From NCBI GenBank assembly GCA_011042725.1, contig DQWD01000338.1, positions 1 through 57,465 on the forward strand: a stretch of DNA of 57,465 nucleotides. The letters run 5' to 3'. Below the pieces are notes generated by a model. That model was given only the letters and a program-made list of their open reading frames with translations, had not been told where the DNA came from and searched no databases. This DNA is from Candidatus Aminicenantes bacterium (lineage in GTDB: Bacteria > Acidobacteriota > Aminicenantia > Aminicenantales > Aminicenantaceae). Positions 10,700 through 21,196 of this stretch are shown one piece after another. Position 1 is the stretch's first letter. Every line of letters starts with the position of its first letter. A program made the translations under genes and the position numbers.

Positions 10700-12178
10700 C
10701 TACCTTCTCTTTTGGATTCCGGCTCGCTGTAAAGCCCGGTAGTAAAGACGCAGGTATTTCTTAGCGGGAATCTCCCATGAAAAGTTGAGTTGTGCACTTT
10801 GCCTAACAATCTTCTGCCATAAGGAAGGACGCCGGTAACACCTAATGGCCTCTCGCACTGTTCGAATTAGGGCCAAAGAGGTATGCTCTTGGAACACAAA
10901 GCCTGTGCCTTGTCCAGTTTGCGGATCAACATGGCGGACTGTTTCTTGTAACCCTCCTACGGTGCGGACGATCGGCACTGCTCCGTAACGAAAACCATAC
11001 AACTGATTTAAGCCACACGGCTCGGACCAGGAGGGAATCAAAAACATGTCTACTCCCGCCACTAATTTGTGGATAAGAGCTGGGCTCCAGTCAAATCGCA
11101 CTCCAAGTCGATGGGGATATTTCTTAACCATCGACAACAGCGCTTGCTCAAAAATTTCCTCCCCCTTACCAAGAATGGCCATCCCTAAGTCCAGCTTCAT
11201 CAACTCGTCCATTGCCTCTAAAAGTAAATCAATCCCTTTTCTCTCTGATAAATAAAAAGAAGTTCCTAATAAAGGAAGATTAGGCGGTAGATCAAGCTGA
11301 AATTCCTCTATCAAATCAAGTTTATTGCGCCTTTTTCCCTCTAAATCTCCTGGCTGATAATTCCAAGCAATGTACTTATCGTGGGCAGGATCCCAAAGCT
11401 CATAATCAATGCCATTGCGAATGCTGATCAACTCTTGGCGGCGGGTCTTTAAAATAGAGGCTAACCCATGACTATGCTTTTGGGTCCATAATTCTCTTCG
11501 ATAAGAACTGCTCACGGTGTTGAGCATATCGGCATAGACAATTCCCGCCTTTAAAAAATTAAAATGGCCATTAAGCGAAACCAGCCCACTCTGTAAATAT
11601 TTCCAGTTTAATCCGGTCAACGCTAAAGACTCGGGAGGAAACATCCCTTGGTAAGCAACATTATGTAAAGTCAACACTGTGGCTGTACGCTTAAATATTT
11701 TATAGCGATGGTATAACGTCTTGAGGAAAACCGGAACTAAGGCTGTTGACCAATTATTACAGTGAATAATGTCCACTGATTTATCCATCAATTTGATTGT
11801 TTCCAGCACTGCCTTAGAGAAAAAGATGAAGCGCTCATCATTATCTAAATAATCGCCCTTGCCCGATCCATAAATTTTTTCTCGCCAAAAATAACGAGGA
11901 TTATCAATTAAAAAAAGTGTAAACCGGCCCTCAGTGCTTCGCCATACTCGCCCCTTAACTACTCTTTCCCCTAAATAAACCGGGAGATGACTCACAATCA
12001 CTTCTTTTTCCAGGGACTCCAATTCGGGTTGGCGATAATAAGGCAGAAAAACCACAACTTCCACCCCAAGGGAGGCCAAATATTTGGGAAGAGCCGCAGC
12101 TACATCAGCTAGCTCTCCTGACTTGGCGTAGGGGGACAACTCAGGGGTTACGTAAGCAACTCGCAGTACTGCTGACAT
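10700..12178 (-). CDS. glgA: Glycogen/starch synthase homologue (GT5) with degenerate active-site motifs
   Basis: Overall GlgA architecture (LHNVAYQG, NFLKAG, IRNGIDY, EPCGLNQLY, VGGL). Canonical KTGG reads KSGE, HDW reads NNW and the SRL Arg reads Tyr. Confidence 0.85.
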   Translation of the reverse strand: MSAVLRVAYVTPELSPYAKSGELADVAAALPKYLASLGVEVVVFLPYYRQPELESLEKEVIVSHLPVYLGERVVKGRVWRSTEGRFTLFLIDNPRYFWREKIYGSGKGDYLDNDERFIFFSKAVLETIKLMDKSVDIIHCNNWSTALVPVFLKTLYHRYKIFKRTATVLTLHNVAYQGMFPPESLALTGLNWKYLQSGLVSLNGHFNFLKAGIVYADMLNTVSSSYRRELWTQKHSHGLASILKTRRQELISIRNGIDYELWDPAHDKYIAWNYQPGDLEGKRRNKLDLIEEFQLDLPPNLPLLGTSFYLSERKGIDLLLEAMDELMKLDLGMAILGKGEEIFEQALLSMVKKYPHRLGVRFDWSPALIHKLVAGVDMFLIPSWSEPCGLNQLYGFRYGAVPIVRTVGGLQETVRHVDPQTGQGTGFVFQEHTSLALIRTVREAIRCYRRPSLWQKIVRQSAQLNFSWEIPAKKYLRLYYRALQRAGIQKRR

Positions 12179-12570
12179 CGGTAAAAATATCTTAATCTAG
12201 AGGATGAAAAAAAGTCAAATTTAAGGGAAAGCATCTTCGAAACTATGATTGCTAGTCCTTCAACTGAATCAATACCACACCTAAATTAGGAGTTGCCAGT
12301 CGTTTGATTTTATTCTTTTAAAAAAGATTAGCTTCACCTTTTGACCTGAGGTGCTCCCAGTTAACCTAGTACTACCCTCATCAATTATTAATGGCGGGCC
12401 AGATAGGGGCTAATGCTTCTAATCAGAAACAATCCCAAGTAAGCTCAGGCCTAGGAAAAGTAACTAAAACACCTCGGCAATCATTTTCTTTGTCAACGGT
12501 TAATTTCCTCTAGGCCAAGAGCCGAGGAAAAAAAGAGGGTTCTTTTGGTCTGGAATACAAATAAAACTAA

Positions 12571-13413
12571 TTATCCCCAGCCTAATTTTTCTTGAAGTAG
12601 ATCAAAAAAGTTTCGTTTCGGGGAAGAAATAAGAGTCAATTCGTGTTCACTACATTTGACTTGAACACGGTCACAACTCTTCATTTCCTGACCCCGCTGT
12701 CCGTCAATCGTCAAGTAAACCTCTTCACTGGCGAGAAGTTGCACTTCCACTAAGGAATTGGCTGAAATTACCATCGGACGAAAGGAGAGAGTGTGAGGAC
12801 AAATGGGAGAAATAACAATGGCGGGTAAGTTGGGATAAATAATCGGGCCTCCCGCCGCTAAAGAATAAGCCGTCGATCCCGTCGGCGTGGAGATGATTAA
12901 CCCATCAGCTCGCAAACAAGCAATCTGTTTGCCATCAATGAAGATAGAAAAACGAATCATTCGGGCCAAGGCTCCCTTGTTGATAACCACATCATTTAAA
13001 CAAGAATAATGATTGCCGCCAATAGTGGCCTCCAGCAATTTGCGCCGACTAAACACTTTATTATCGCCGCGCAGAATTGCCTCTAAAGTTATCGACATCT
13101 CTTCTTTCGGCACTTCGGTTAAAAAACCCAGCCGCCCCAAGTTGATCCCCATGACGGGCACGGCGTGCTTGGCCGCTAAATGAGCAATGCTTAACAAAGT
13201 CCCATCACCCCCGAAGACAATAAGCATATCCACCAGCCCCGGAATGCTTTCCCGAGGCAAACCGTGAGGATAATTAACTTTGTGGGCCGCCACATCTTCC
13301 AAGACACTCTCTATGCCTCGAGATTCTAACATGACGATGGCCTCTTTCAAGACTTGTTCGATATTCTTAGCATGAGGCTTAATGACAATGCCTGCCCGTT
13401 TAATGTCTTTCAT
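12571..13413 (-). CDS. nadK: NAD(+) kinase
   Basis: GGDGT, GINLGRLGFL, LNDVVI and DGLIISTPTGSTAYSLAAGGP motifs. Confidence 0.96.
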   Translation of the reverse strand: MKDIKRAGIVIKPHAKNIEQVLKEAIVMLESRGIESVLEDVAAHKVNYPHGLPRESIPGLVDMLIVFGGDGTLLSIAHLAAKHAVPVMGINLGRLGFLTEVPKEEMSITLEAILRGDNKVFSRRKLLEATIGGNHYSCLNDVVINKGALARMIRFSIFIDGKQIACLRADGLIISTPTGSTAYSLAAGGPIIYPNLPAIVISPICPHTLSFRPMVISANSLVEVQLLASEEVYLTIDGQRGQEMKSCDRVQVKCSEHELTLISSPKRNFFDLLQEKLGWG

Positions 13414-14188
13414 CCCAAACTGTCTCCTTAATTAGTTCTAAAACTTTGGCCCATGGAAATAAAATTTCATCCACGACCCAATGAACAAAAAATTCTTGGT
13501 TTCCCTTTTGCCCTTTTACTTGGCATTTATGGAGTCCGTGGACATAAAAACCTGCCTCGCTGGCACCCGAAAGCACCTTTTCCAGGACAGCCTGATGAAC
13601 AGCTTGGTCTCGAATCACTCCCTTTTTCCCTACTTGATGCTTTTCAGCTTCAAATTGAGGTTTAATTAGAGCCAGAACTTCTCCCTTCTCCAAAAGGCGG
13701 CGAAGAGCCGGCAAGATTTTTAAAAGAGAAATAAAAGAAAGATCACAAGTCACTAATTCCAGGGGCTCGGAAAAATCATTTTTCTCAAGATAGCGAGCAT
13801 TTTTTTTCAAGGTAATCACCCGCTTGTCCTGACGAAGATGCCAGTCGAGTTGCCGGGGATCAACATCAACAGCATAGATCTTTTTGGCTCCCCGTTGCCG
13901 AAGGCAGTCGGTAAAACCACCCGTAGAAGCTCCTAGATCGGCCACTACTTTTCCCGCTATTTCCACCTGAAAAACCTCAAGGGCTTCGGCTAATTTCAGC
14001 CCTCCCCGACTAACGTAAGGTAAAGGGGATTTAACTTCCAACCGAGCACCCAAGTCCATTGGCTGGCCTGGTTTCTCTACTTTTGTCCCTTCGTAAAACA
14101 CTAAGCCAGCCATTATCAAGGCCTGCGCTTTTTGCCGGGTTTCGGCTAAGCCTTGTTGCACTAGGAGCCTATCGGCTCTTTCTTTCAC
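13400..14188 (-). CDS. tlyA: TlyA family rRNA methyltransferase
   Basis: N-terminal S4-like segment, YVSRGGLKL, DLGASTGGFTDCL, DLSFISL and LIKPQFE motifs. Confidence 0.95.
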   Translation of the reverse strand: MKERADRLLVQQGLAETRQKAQALIMAGLVFYEGTKVEKPGQPMDLGARLEVKSPLPYVSRGGLKLAEALEVFQVEIAGKVVADLGASTGGFTDCLRQRGAKKIYAVDVDPRQLDWHLRQDKRVITLKKNARYLEKNDFSEPLELVTCDLSFISLLKILPALRRLLEKGEVLALIKPQFEAEKHQVGKKGVIRDQAVHQAVLEKVLSGASEAGFYVHGLHKCQVKGQKGNQEFFVHWVVDEILFPWAKVLELIKETVWDERH

Positions 14189-16070
14189 CAGAATCTATCT
14201 CCTCGATGAAATTGATAATCTGGCGACAAATTCCCTCCTCATCTAAGCCAAGTAAGGCTTTAATTTCCTGAGCTTTCCCGACGGGATAAACATTTAAGGG
14301 GATACCAATCGCTTTAAACAAAACCTCAAATCTCTTCTCTCGATCTAAAACTTCCCGGACAGCTGAACCAAATCCACCGGTGACAACTCCTTCCTCTAAG
14401 GTAATAATCATCCTCCCCGGGAGAGCATATTTCAACAACAACTCCTCATCGATTGGCTTGGCAAAACGGGCGTTAACGACCGCAAATTCAAAACCTCGCT
14501 GGGCTAATTGATCAGCCGCCTGTAAAGCCGGTCTGACCATGTTCCCTAAAGCAAATAACAAGTGATTCCCTTCCCGTAAAACCTCTCCCTTGCCTAAGGG
14601 AATTTTTTGCCACGCTTCGTCTAGTTTGACGCCGTATCCTTTGCTTTTAGGGAAGCGAATAGCCGTGGGATGGCCATAGAATAAAGCCGAATAAAGCATG
14701 TGTTGGAGCTCATTTTCATCCTTGGGGGCCAAAATAATTATCTGGGGAAGATGACGGAGATAGATCAAATCATTTATGCCTTGATGAGTCGGCCCATCAT
14801 CGGAGACGATGCCGGCCCGGTCCAAAGCAAACAGGAGAGGGATATCCATTAAACAAACATCGTGATACAACTGATCATAGGCTCTCTGGAGAAAGGTGGA
14901 GTAAATAGCCACAACCGGTTGAAATCCTTCCAGCGCCAGTCCAGTGGCAAAATTGACCGCATGCTGCTCGGCAATACCCACATCAAAAAATCTTTCCGGA
15001 AAACGACGGCTGAAATCAGCCAGCCCAGTGCCTTCTTTCATGGCGGCCGTAATGGCTATTAATTTGGGATTTTCTTCCGCTAGACGCACCATGGTTTGAC
15101 CAAAAACGGTAGAATAACTTACTGTGTTATCATTATTTTTTGCTTTTCCGGTACCAATATGAAAAGGTGAAGTTCCATGAAAATGTTCAGGATTGTTCTC
15201 CGCCGGAGCATAGCCTTTGCCCTTCTTGGTAATGCAATGGATCAACACCGGCCCATCTATCTTCTTGGCCTCTTCAAAAACTTCGATAAGAGAACTGATA
15301 TTATGTCCTTGCACCGGCCCGATATACCGAATACCCAATTCAGTAAAAAATAATCCCGGGAAGAAAACTTTCTTGACTGCCTCTTCCACAGCTCGAGCAA
15401 TTTTGATGACGGGCCAGCCTACTTTCGGAAATGACTTGAGGATAGTTTTGACGGTATCTTTTACTCGAAGGTAATGTTGACCGGAGACAAGATAAGAAAG
15501 ATATTTAGATAAAGCCCCAACATTAGGGGAAATGGACATTTCATTATAATTGAGAATAATGATTAATCGCTCTCTTAAATGACCAATCTGATTCAAGGCT
15601 TCCCAGGCCACCCCCCCAGTTAGGCTGCCGTCGCCGACAACAGCAATAACATGAAAATCCTGACCCTTCTTATCTCGAGCCACCGCCATACCCAAAGCAG
15701 CTGAAAGAGCTGTGGAGGCATGCCCCGTGTTATAAACATCATACTCACTTTCTTCCCGGGAAGGATACCCAGAAATACCTCGATATTTCCTTATTTTAGG
15801 GAAAAGGTTCTTCCGCCCGGTGACAATCTTATGAGTATAACACTGATGACCAACATCCCAAATTATCTTATCCTGGGGAGCATTAAAAACTCGATGCAGC
15901 GCTAAAGTTAATTCCACCGTTCCCAAGTTAGGGGCCAAGTGGCCACCATTTTCGGAAACTATGTTGATAATATAACTTCTGATCTCTTGCGCTAGTTGAT
16001 TTAACTCACTTAGCTTTAAGCTTTTCAGATCTAATGGAGATTCGATGGAATCAAGGAGCTTAACGGACAT
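14169..16070 (-). CDS. dxs: 1-deoxy-D-xylulose-5-phosphate synthase
   Basis: GGHLAPNLG, WDVGHQ, GDGSLTGG, DVGIAEQHA and DGPTHQG motifs. Start set at ATG 16070, which overlaps the end of ispA. Confidence 0.97.
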   Translation of the reverse strand: MSVKLLDSIESPLDLKSLKLSELNQLAQEIRSYIINIVSENGGHLAPNLGTVELTLALHRVFNAPQDKIIWDVGHQCYTHKIVTGRKNLFPKIRKYRGISGYPSREESEYDVYNTGHASTALSAALGMAVARDKKGQDFHVIAVVGDGSLTGGVAWEALNQIGHLRERLIIILNYNEMSISPNVGALSKYLSYLVSGQHYLRVKDTVKTILKSFPKVGWPVIKIARAVEEAVKKVFFPGLFFTELGIRYIGPVQGHNISSLIEVFEEAKKIDGPVLIHCITKKGKGYAPAENNPEHFHGTSPFHIGTGKAKNNDNTVSYSTVFGQTMVRLAEENPKLIAITAAMKEGTGLADFSRRFPERFFDVGIAEQHAVNFATGLALEGFQPVVAIYSTFLQRAYDQLYHDVCLMDIPLLFALDRAGIVSDDGPTHQGINDLIYLRHLPQIIILAPKDENELQHMLYSALFYGHPTAIRFPKSKGYGVKLDEAWQKIPLGKGEVLREGNHLLFALGNMVRPALQAADQLAQRGFEFAVVNARFAKPIDEELLLKYALPGRMIITLEEGVVTGGFGSAVREVLDREKRFEVLFKAIGIPLNVYPVGKAQEIKALLGLDEEGICRQIINFIEEIDSGERKSR

Positions 16071-16932
16071 CTTCCTTCTCCACTCGGAGTTTTTCACTTA
16101 AATAAATTAACTCTGGAGAATTTATCCCTCCTTCTTTTAAAGCCCCCACTGCCTTATCCACATAGGAATTAACTTCTTGTCTAGTCTTTGCCTGGCCAAA
16201 AACAAGGGCATAATTGGGAGAATTCTTGGCTTGCTGCCTTGCTTGTTCATCTTGATTAAGGTCAGCCAAATCATCCCGCAGCTGAAAGGCAAGGCCTAAA
16301 TTCTGGCCAAAATTGAACAAGGCTCTTCTCTCCCTTTCTGAAGCCTCCCCTAAAAGCCCCCCGGTCATTACCGAAAAAGTAATTAACTGTCCAGTCTTTT
16401 TCCCGACCATCGCTAAAAATCTCGCTTCGTCCCTCACCTCATCAGTTAACTGAAGATCTTGAATTTGCCCCCCAATCATCCCTGATACTCCCGCCGCTTG
16501 GCTCAGCCGGCGGACGATCTCCACTTTTATGGCGAGTCGAGAGGGAGAAAACGATGCTTCAGCTACCACTTGAAAAGCTAGAGTCAATAAGGCATCGCCG
16601 GCCAGCAAAGCAATTGCTTCACCAAAAGCGCGGTGTAAAGACGGTTTTCCCCGCCGAAAATCATCATTGTCCAGAGCAGGAAGATCATCATGAATGAGGG
16701 AATAACTATGAATAAACTCGACCGCACAAGCTACAGGCACCATTTCCTCTTCCAGAGCCCGGAAATAATGCCCCACACTGAAAAGTAAGAGGGGGCGGAA
16801 TCTTTTCCCCCCCGAAAAAAGAGCATAGTGCATCGCCTCGAAGAGAGTAGGCTCCTCCCGCGGCAAATATTCCTCCAGGGCTTGGTCAATTTTCTCCTTC
16901 CAGCCCTGAAATTTCTTAGTTAGATCATCCAT
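16060..16932 (-). CDS. ispA: Polyprenyl (farnesyl/geranyl) diphosphate synthase
   Basis: GGKRFRP, first aspartate-rich motif LIHDDLPALDNDDFRRGKP, GMIGGQ, KTG and FQLRDD. Confidence 0.94.
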   Translation of the reverse strand: MDDLTKKFQGWKEKIDQALEEYLPREEPTLFEAMHYALFSGGKRFRPLLLFSVGHYFRALEEEMVPVACAVEFIHSYSLIHDDLPALDNDDFRRGKPSLHRAFGEAIALLAGDALLTLAFQVVAEASFSPSRLAIKVEIVRRLSQAAGVSGMIGGQIQDLQLTDEVRDEARFLAMVGKKTGQLITFSVMTGGLLGEASERERRALFNFGQNLGLAFQLRDDLADLNQDEQARQQAKNSPNYALVFGQAKTRQEVNSYVDKAVGALKEGGINSPELIYLSEKLRVEKEDVR

Positions 16933-17002
16933 TTTCTCTCCAGCTCAATAGCCCCCTTGGCGGCCAACCAAATTATTACTCGCTCTCTTCTCTTTTCCTT
17001 TC

Positions 17003-17317
17003 TTAAAAGGGAATATCATCTTCTCCTTGTTCTTCCTTCTTTTTTTCTAGGGAGGAGTCACCACGACCTTTATTTTCAATCAATTCTTGTCTCTTTTCCA
17101 CCTCAAAAGGGTGAGGCTTTAACTCTCCCTGGGTGTCTTTCAATAAAATCTCTACCTTTTTCTCGGCCTTTTCTAGCTCTTCCCTCAAGAATCTTGCTAG
17201 TTTAACTCCCTCCTCAAACAATCGCAAGCTTTCCTCAAGAGTTAACTCTTCGTTTTCTAACCGATCAACTATTTTTTCCAATTCCTCCAAGGCCTGTTCA
17301 AAGCTTAAATTCTTCAT
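17003..17317 (-). CDS. xseB: Exodeoxyribonuclease VII small subunit with acidic C-terminal extension ending DDIPF
   Basis: SFEQALEELEKIV..LE..L.LEESL..FEEG core; lies directly downstream of xseA. Confidence 0.95.
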   Translation of the reverse strand: MKNLSFEQALEELEKIVDRLENEELTLEESLRLFEEGVKLARFLREELEKAEKKVEILLKDTQGELKPHPFEVEKRQELIENKGRGDSSLEKKKEEQGEDDIPF

Positions 17318-18651
17318 TTTGACTCCTTAGAAAGCATAGATTCGATGGTTTTTAAGGCATCCACCTTTTGCACTAAACAAGATAGCTCCCCTCGATAAAA
17401 GCTAACTATAACTTCGTCCTTAACCAAAACATCACTGGCTTGACGAATTATTTGCCGCCCATCTTGTCGCCAACATAGGGCATATCCTTTGCGCAAAACA
17501 GAGAGAGGACTTACCCCATCAAGATGGGTGGCTATTTTTTCCCAAGTCGAGCTTAATTTGGACAATTTCTTCTGCATGGCATTGGCTATTTTTTCCCGGG
17601 CCAATCTAACTTGGGCTTGGCTCGCTTGAACATCTTGGAAAAGACTCACTATTCTTTCTTTGGCCTTCCCTTCTAAATCGTCGATCCTTTGTCCCCAGGT
17701 GAGGAGGCGCCATTTAAAATTCTGAAAAGCCCGATGTTGAATGCGCACCACAACCGCATGTCTTTGCTTCTCGAGTAAGTTCTCTATCCTTTGCCCCAGC
17801 CGCCGGAATAGGTTGTTTATCCTCTCTTCGAAAGCCTGCTCTTTCTCAATCAATACTTCCGCTGCTGCCGAAGGGGTAGAGGCTCTTAAGTCAGCCACAA
17901 AATCAGCAATGGTAAAGTCAATTTCATGACCAACCGCTGAGATTATAGGCACTGGACAGGCAAAAATGGCTCGGGCCACTATTTCCTCGTTAAACGCCCA
18001 AAGATCCTCAATAGAACCTCCTCCTCGACCGACAATGATGGCATCAATATTAGGAACCGCACTTAAGAACTGAATCCCTTCGACTATTTCCTCGGCCGCT
18101 CCTTCTCCCTGGACTCGCACCGGATAAATGATAATGTGAAGGCGGGCAAATCTCCTCTCTAAGGTCCGCAGAATGTCAACAATAGCCGCTCCATGAGGTG
18201 AAGTCACTACACCAACCTTCTTCGGCAACAGAGGAAGTTTTTTCTTCAACTCCGCAGCAAATAAACCTTCCTTTTTTAATTTCTCTTTTAATTGTTCAAA
18301 CGCTAGCTGGAGAGCTCCTTTGCCGCGGGGAATAACTTCTTCAACAATAATTTGGTATTCACCACGAGGCTCATACACCGAAATGGCTCCACGGCAAACA
18401 ACTTTCAACCCATCTTGGAGGGCAAAGGGAACCCGCTGGGCCGCTGAGCGAAACAAGACTGCCCGTAATTGGGCCTGGCTATCCTTGAGGGTAAAATAAA
18501 CATGACCAGAGTGGTAAGGTCGAAAATTCGAGATTTCCCCCTCTACCCATACCTCAGGAAAACGGTCCTCTAGTTCGCTCTTGATTAACTGGGTTAATTG
18601 CGAAACAGTCAGGACTCTTTGGCCTGACCTCTTATTTTGCAGTTGATCCAT
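17314..18651 (-). CDS. xseA: Exodeoxyribonuclease VII large subunit
   Basis: VWVEGEISN, SGHVYFTLKD, GRGGGSIEDLWAFNEE, SAVGHEIDFT and RASTPSAAAE motifs. Start moved to ATG 18651. Confidence 0.96.
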   Translation of the reverse strand: MDQLQNKRSGQRVLTVSQLTQLIKSELEDRFPEVWVEGEISNFRPYHSGHVYFTLKDSQAQLRAVLFRSAAQRVPFALQDGLKVVCRGAISVYEPRGEYQIIVEEVIPRGKGALQLAFEQLKEKLKKEGLFAAELKKKLPLLPKKVGVVTSPHGAAIVDILRTLERRFARLHIIIYPVRVQGEGAAEEIVEGIQFLSAVPNIDAIIVGRGGGSIEDLWAFNEEIVARAIFACPVPIISAVGHEIDFTIADFVADLRASTPSAAAEVLIEKEQAFEERINNLFRRLGQRIENLLEKQRHAVVVRIQHRAFQNFKWRLLTWGQRIDDLEGKAKERIVSLFQDVQASQAQVRLAREKIANAMQKKLSKLSSTWEKIATHLDGVSPLSVLRKGYALCWRQDGRQIIRQASDVLVKDEVIVSFYRGELSCLVQKVDALKTIESMLSKESK

Positions 18652-19447
18652 TTTCTTCCCCGATAATCTCTTGGCTAATCGCCAAAGCCCGTCCGGTGGC
18701 TGGATCAATCTCCACAAAAGCGGCCATTAACACTAGTTGGCCTTTGGCTGGCTCAAATCTCTGTGGTCGCCCGGAAATAAATCTTTGGAGGGCCTGTTCC
18801 CGCCGAACACCGATAATGGAATCATAAGCACCCACCATGCCCACATCCGTGATAAAGGCTGTCCCTTGAGGAAGAATTCGGGCATCCGCGGTGGGTACAT
18901 GGGTATGGGTTCCCAATACGGCCGAGACGCGGCCATCTAAATACCAACCAAGAGCTTGCTTCTCCGAAGTGGCTTCGGCATGAAAATCAACAATAATTAC
19001 TTTTGTTTTTTCCTTTAAAAGACTGATTTCTTCATCAGCTTTACGGAAGGGGCAATCTATGGGCTCCATAAACACTCGCCCTTGCAGATTAAGGACGCCT
19101 ATCCTCTGGCCGGCTCGATCCTCAATGATCCCTCCCCCTTGGCCAGGATTACCCGGTGGATAATTAGCCGGCCTTAGAAGCCGTTGATTCTTATCGAGGC
19201 GGGGGAAAATTTCTTTCTTATCCCAGATGTGATTACCCGAAGTGATAACATCTACGTGAGCAAATAACTCTTCGGCTATTTTTACCGTCAAGCCAACACC
19301 ACCAGCGGCATTTTCTCCGTTAGCTATAACCACGGTTGGCTTATATTTTTGCCAAAGAGAGGGTAAGAAGCGCCGCAAGGCTTGTCGACCAGGGCGCCCA
19401 ATTATATCCCCAACAAAAAGTAGTCTCACGTTATCTGGCATACTCAA
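18632..19447 (-). CDS. ymdB: TIGR00282/YmdB-family metallophosphoesterase (2',3'-cyclic nucleotide phosphodiesterase)
   Basis: [37 protein letters not shown] and TDVGM motifs; follows rny. Confidence 0.9.
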   Translation of the reverse strand: MSMPDNVRLLFVGDIIGRPGRQALRRFLPSLWQKYKPTVVIANGENAAGGVGLTVKIAEELFAHVDVITSGNHIWDKKEIFPRLDKNQRLLRPANYPPGNPGQGGGIIEDRAGQRIGVLNLQGRVFMEPIDCPFRKADEEISLLKEKTKVIIVDFHAEATSEKQALGWYLDGRVSAVLGTHTHVPTADARILPQGTAFITDVGMVGAYDSIIGVRREQALQRFISGRPQRFEPAKGQLVLMAAFVEIDPATGRALAISQEIIGEENGSTAK

Positions 19448-20993
19448 CGGCCCTCATCTCTCGAATGACAGTCACTTTAATCTGACCAGGATAATCCAAC
19501 TCTTTTTTAATGCGCTGAGCAACATCCTTGGCCGTTAAAGCCGCTCGTTCATCCGAAATTTTTTGACTCTCAACAATAATTCTTATTTCGCGGCCAGCCT
19601 GCAAGGCAAAAGCTTTGGCTACGCCCTCAAAAGATTTGGCAATCTCTTCGAGCTTTTCCAACCTTTTGATATAGGTTTCCAACAACTCCCGGCGGGCCCC
19701 CGGTCGAGCCGCGGATAATGTATCGGCCGCTTGAACCAGCACTGCTTCCACCGAAGGAAAATCGACATCCCGGTGATGAGAGGCAATGGCTTGGACGACC
19801 GCTTCGGATTCACCATATTTGCGGGCCAATTGCACACTCAACTCAGTGTGAGTCCCCTCAACTTCGCGATCCACTGCTTTTCCGATATCATGGAGAAGCC
19901 CGGCCCGAAGGGCAACTTTCTCATCTACTCCAATTTCTTTGGCCATAATAGCCGCCAGATAGGCAACTTCTTTAGAGTGTTGAAGGACATTTTGGCCATA
20001 ACTCGTCCGATATTTCAATTTGCCTAACAACTTTACCAGCTCGGGATGAAGATCTTGAATTTGGAGCTCCAGAATGACCGATTCTCCTTCTTGTTTTATT
20101 TTTTGCTCTAACTCCTCCTTGACTGCTTCTACTACCTCTTCAATTCGGGCCGGGTGAATACGCCCATCCACAACTAATTTCTCAATCGCCATCCGGGCCA
20201 TTTCGCGGCGGATAGGATCAAAACTGGAAAGAATTACCGCTTCTGGAGTATCATCAACAATAATATCTACTCCGGTAGCTAATTCCAAGGCCCTGATATT
20301 CCTACCTTCGCGGCCGATGATTCGCCCCTTCATGTCATCAGAAGGAAGGTCAACTATGGACACCGTAGTCTCCACCACATGTTCAGCCGCGGTCCTTTGG
20401 ATGGCTTGGCTGATTATCTCCCGCGCTAAAGCTTGGCTCTTCTCTTTTGTTTCTTCTTCAATCTGCCGAAGGGTTTGGACCGCTTCCAGTCGAGCTTCAT
20501 CTTCGATTCTTTTTTGGAGCTCTCTTTTGGCTTCTTCCTGAGTAAAATGAGCAACTCTTTCCAATTCTTCAATAACTTGATTCAGTTTTTGTTGGTACTC
20601 GTTTTCCTTTTCTTGGAGTCTTTTTTCCTTCTGATAAAGTGCTCTTTCCTTGTGGGAAAAATCTCTTTCTTTACGCTCAAGAAGCTGGTATTTTCTCTCC
20701 AGGTTTTCTTCCTTGCGCAATAACCGTCTTTCCATCTCATTGAGCTTGCGTTGCTGGTGACGAGTTTGGCGCTCAAAATCAGTTTTAAGGCTAATGAACT
20801 TTTCTTTGGCTTCCAAGGAAGCTTCCTTCTTTAACTTTTCGGCTTCTTCCTTGGCTTGTTTTAATATTTCCTGGGCTTCTTGCTTAGCCTTCAAAAAAAA
20901 CTTAGCCCCCGCTGATTTCTGGATAAGCAAGAAAACAATCACCCCCACCAAAATGACAATTGTCATGACTAGAACGATGATTAACGTGTTCAC
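19431..20993 (-). CDS. rny: Ribonuclease Y
   Basis: N-terminal membrane anchor, coiled coil, KH domain ([13 protein letters not shown]) and HD domain (LLHDIGKA); GTG start with AGGAGG RBS. Confidence 0.97.
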   Translation of the reverse strand: MNTLIIVLVMTIVILVGVIVFLLIQKSAGAKFFLKAKQEAQEILKQAKEEAEKLKKEASLEAKEKFISLKTDFERQTRHQQRKLNEMERRLLRKEENLERKYQLLERKERDFSHKERALYQKEKRLQEKENEYQQKLNQVIEELERVAHFTQEEAKRELQKRIEDEARLEAVQTLRQIEEETKEKSQALAREIISQAIQRTAAEHVVETTVSIVDLPSDDMKGRIIGREGRNIRALELATGVDIIVDDTPEAVILSSFDPIRREMARMAIEKLVVDGRIHPARIEEVVEAVKEELEQKIKQEGESVILELQIQDLHPELVKLLGKLKYRTSYGQNVLQHSKEVAYLAAIMAKEIGVDEKVALRAGLLHDIGKAVDREVEGTHTELSVQLARKYGESEAVVQAIASHHRDVDFPSVEAVLVQAADTLSAARPGARRELLETYIKRLEKLEEIAKSFEGVAKAFALQAGREIRIIVESQKISDERAALTAKDVAQRIKKELDYPGQIKVTVIREMRAVEYAR

Positions 20994-21039
20994 TGTAACT
21001 ACCTCCTTTACGGGGCGTCAAAGGAGAGGAAAAAAGGAG

Positions 21040-21195
21040 GGCAAAAGGGAACCGGTCAAAACAGGCGATTTACCCGCTGGCCAATCCTGACCTTGTCTGT
21101 TTAATAACCAAGGCACTCTTCCTCGAGTCAAAACTCTTCACGTTCTTAGATGTAAAACAAAAAGGGTTTCTTCTTGGCCTAGTCCCCTTTATCTC
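21040..21195 (-). ncRNA. ssrS: Probable 6S RNA
   Basis: Occupies the zapA-rny gap, a known 6S position. 5' AAAGGGGACU (21190-21181) pairs with 3' GGUUCCCUUU (21053-21044), and an apical CCUUG/CAAGG stem is present. Ends are approximate; no covariance model was run. Confidence 0.6.
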
Positions 21196-21196
21196 T

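Noticed and set aside
12180-12570. 390-bp gap between nadK and glgA with small hairpins
   Set aside because: Explained by a terminator-like stem after nadK plus promoter DNA; no convincing ORF or RNA family.
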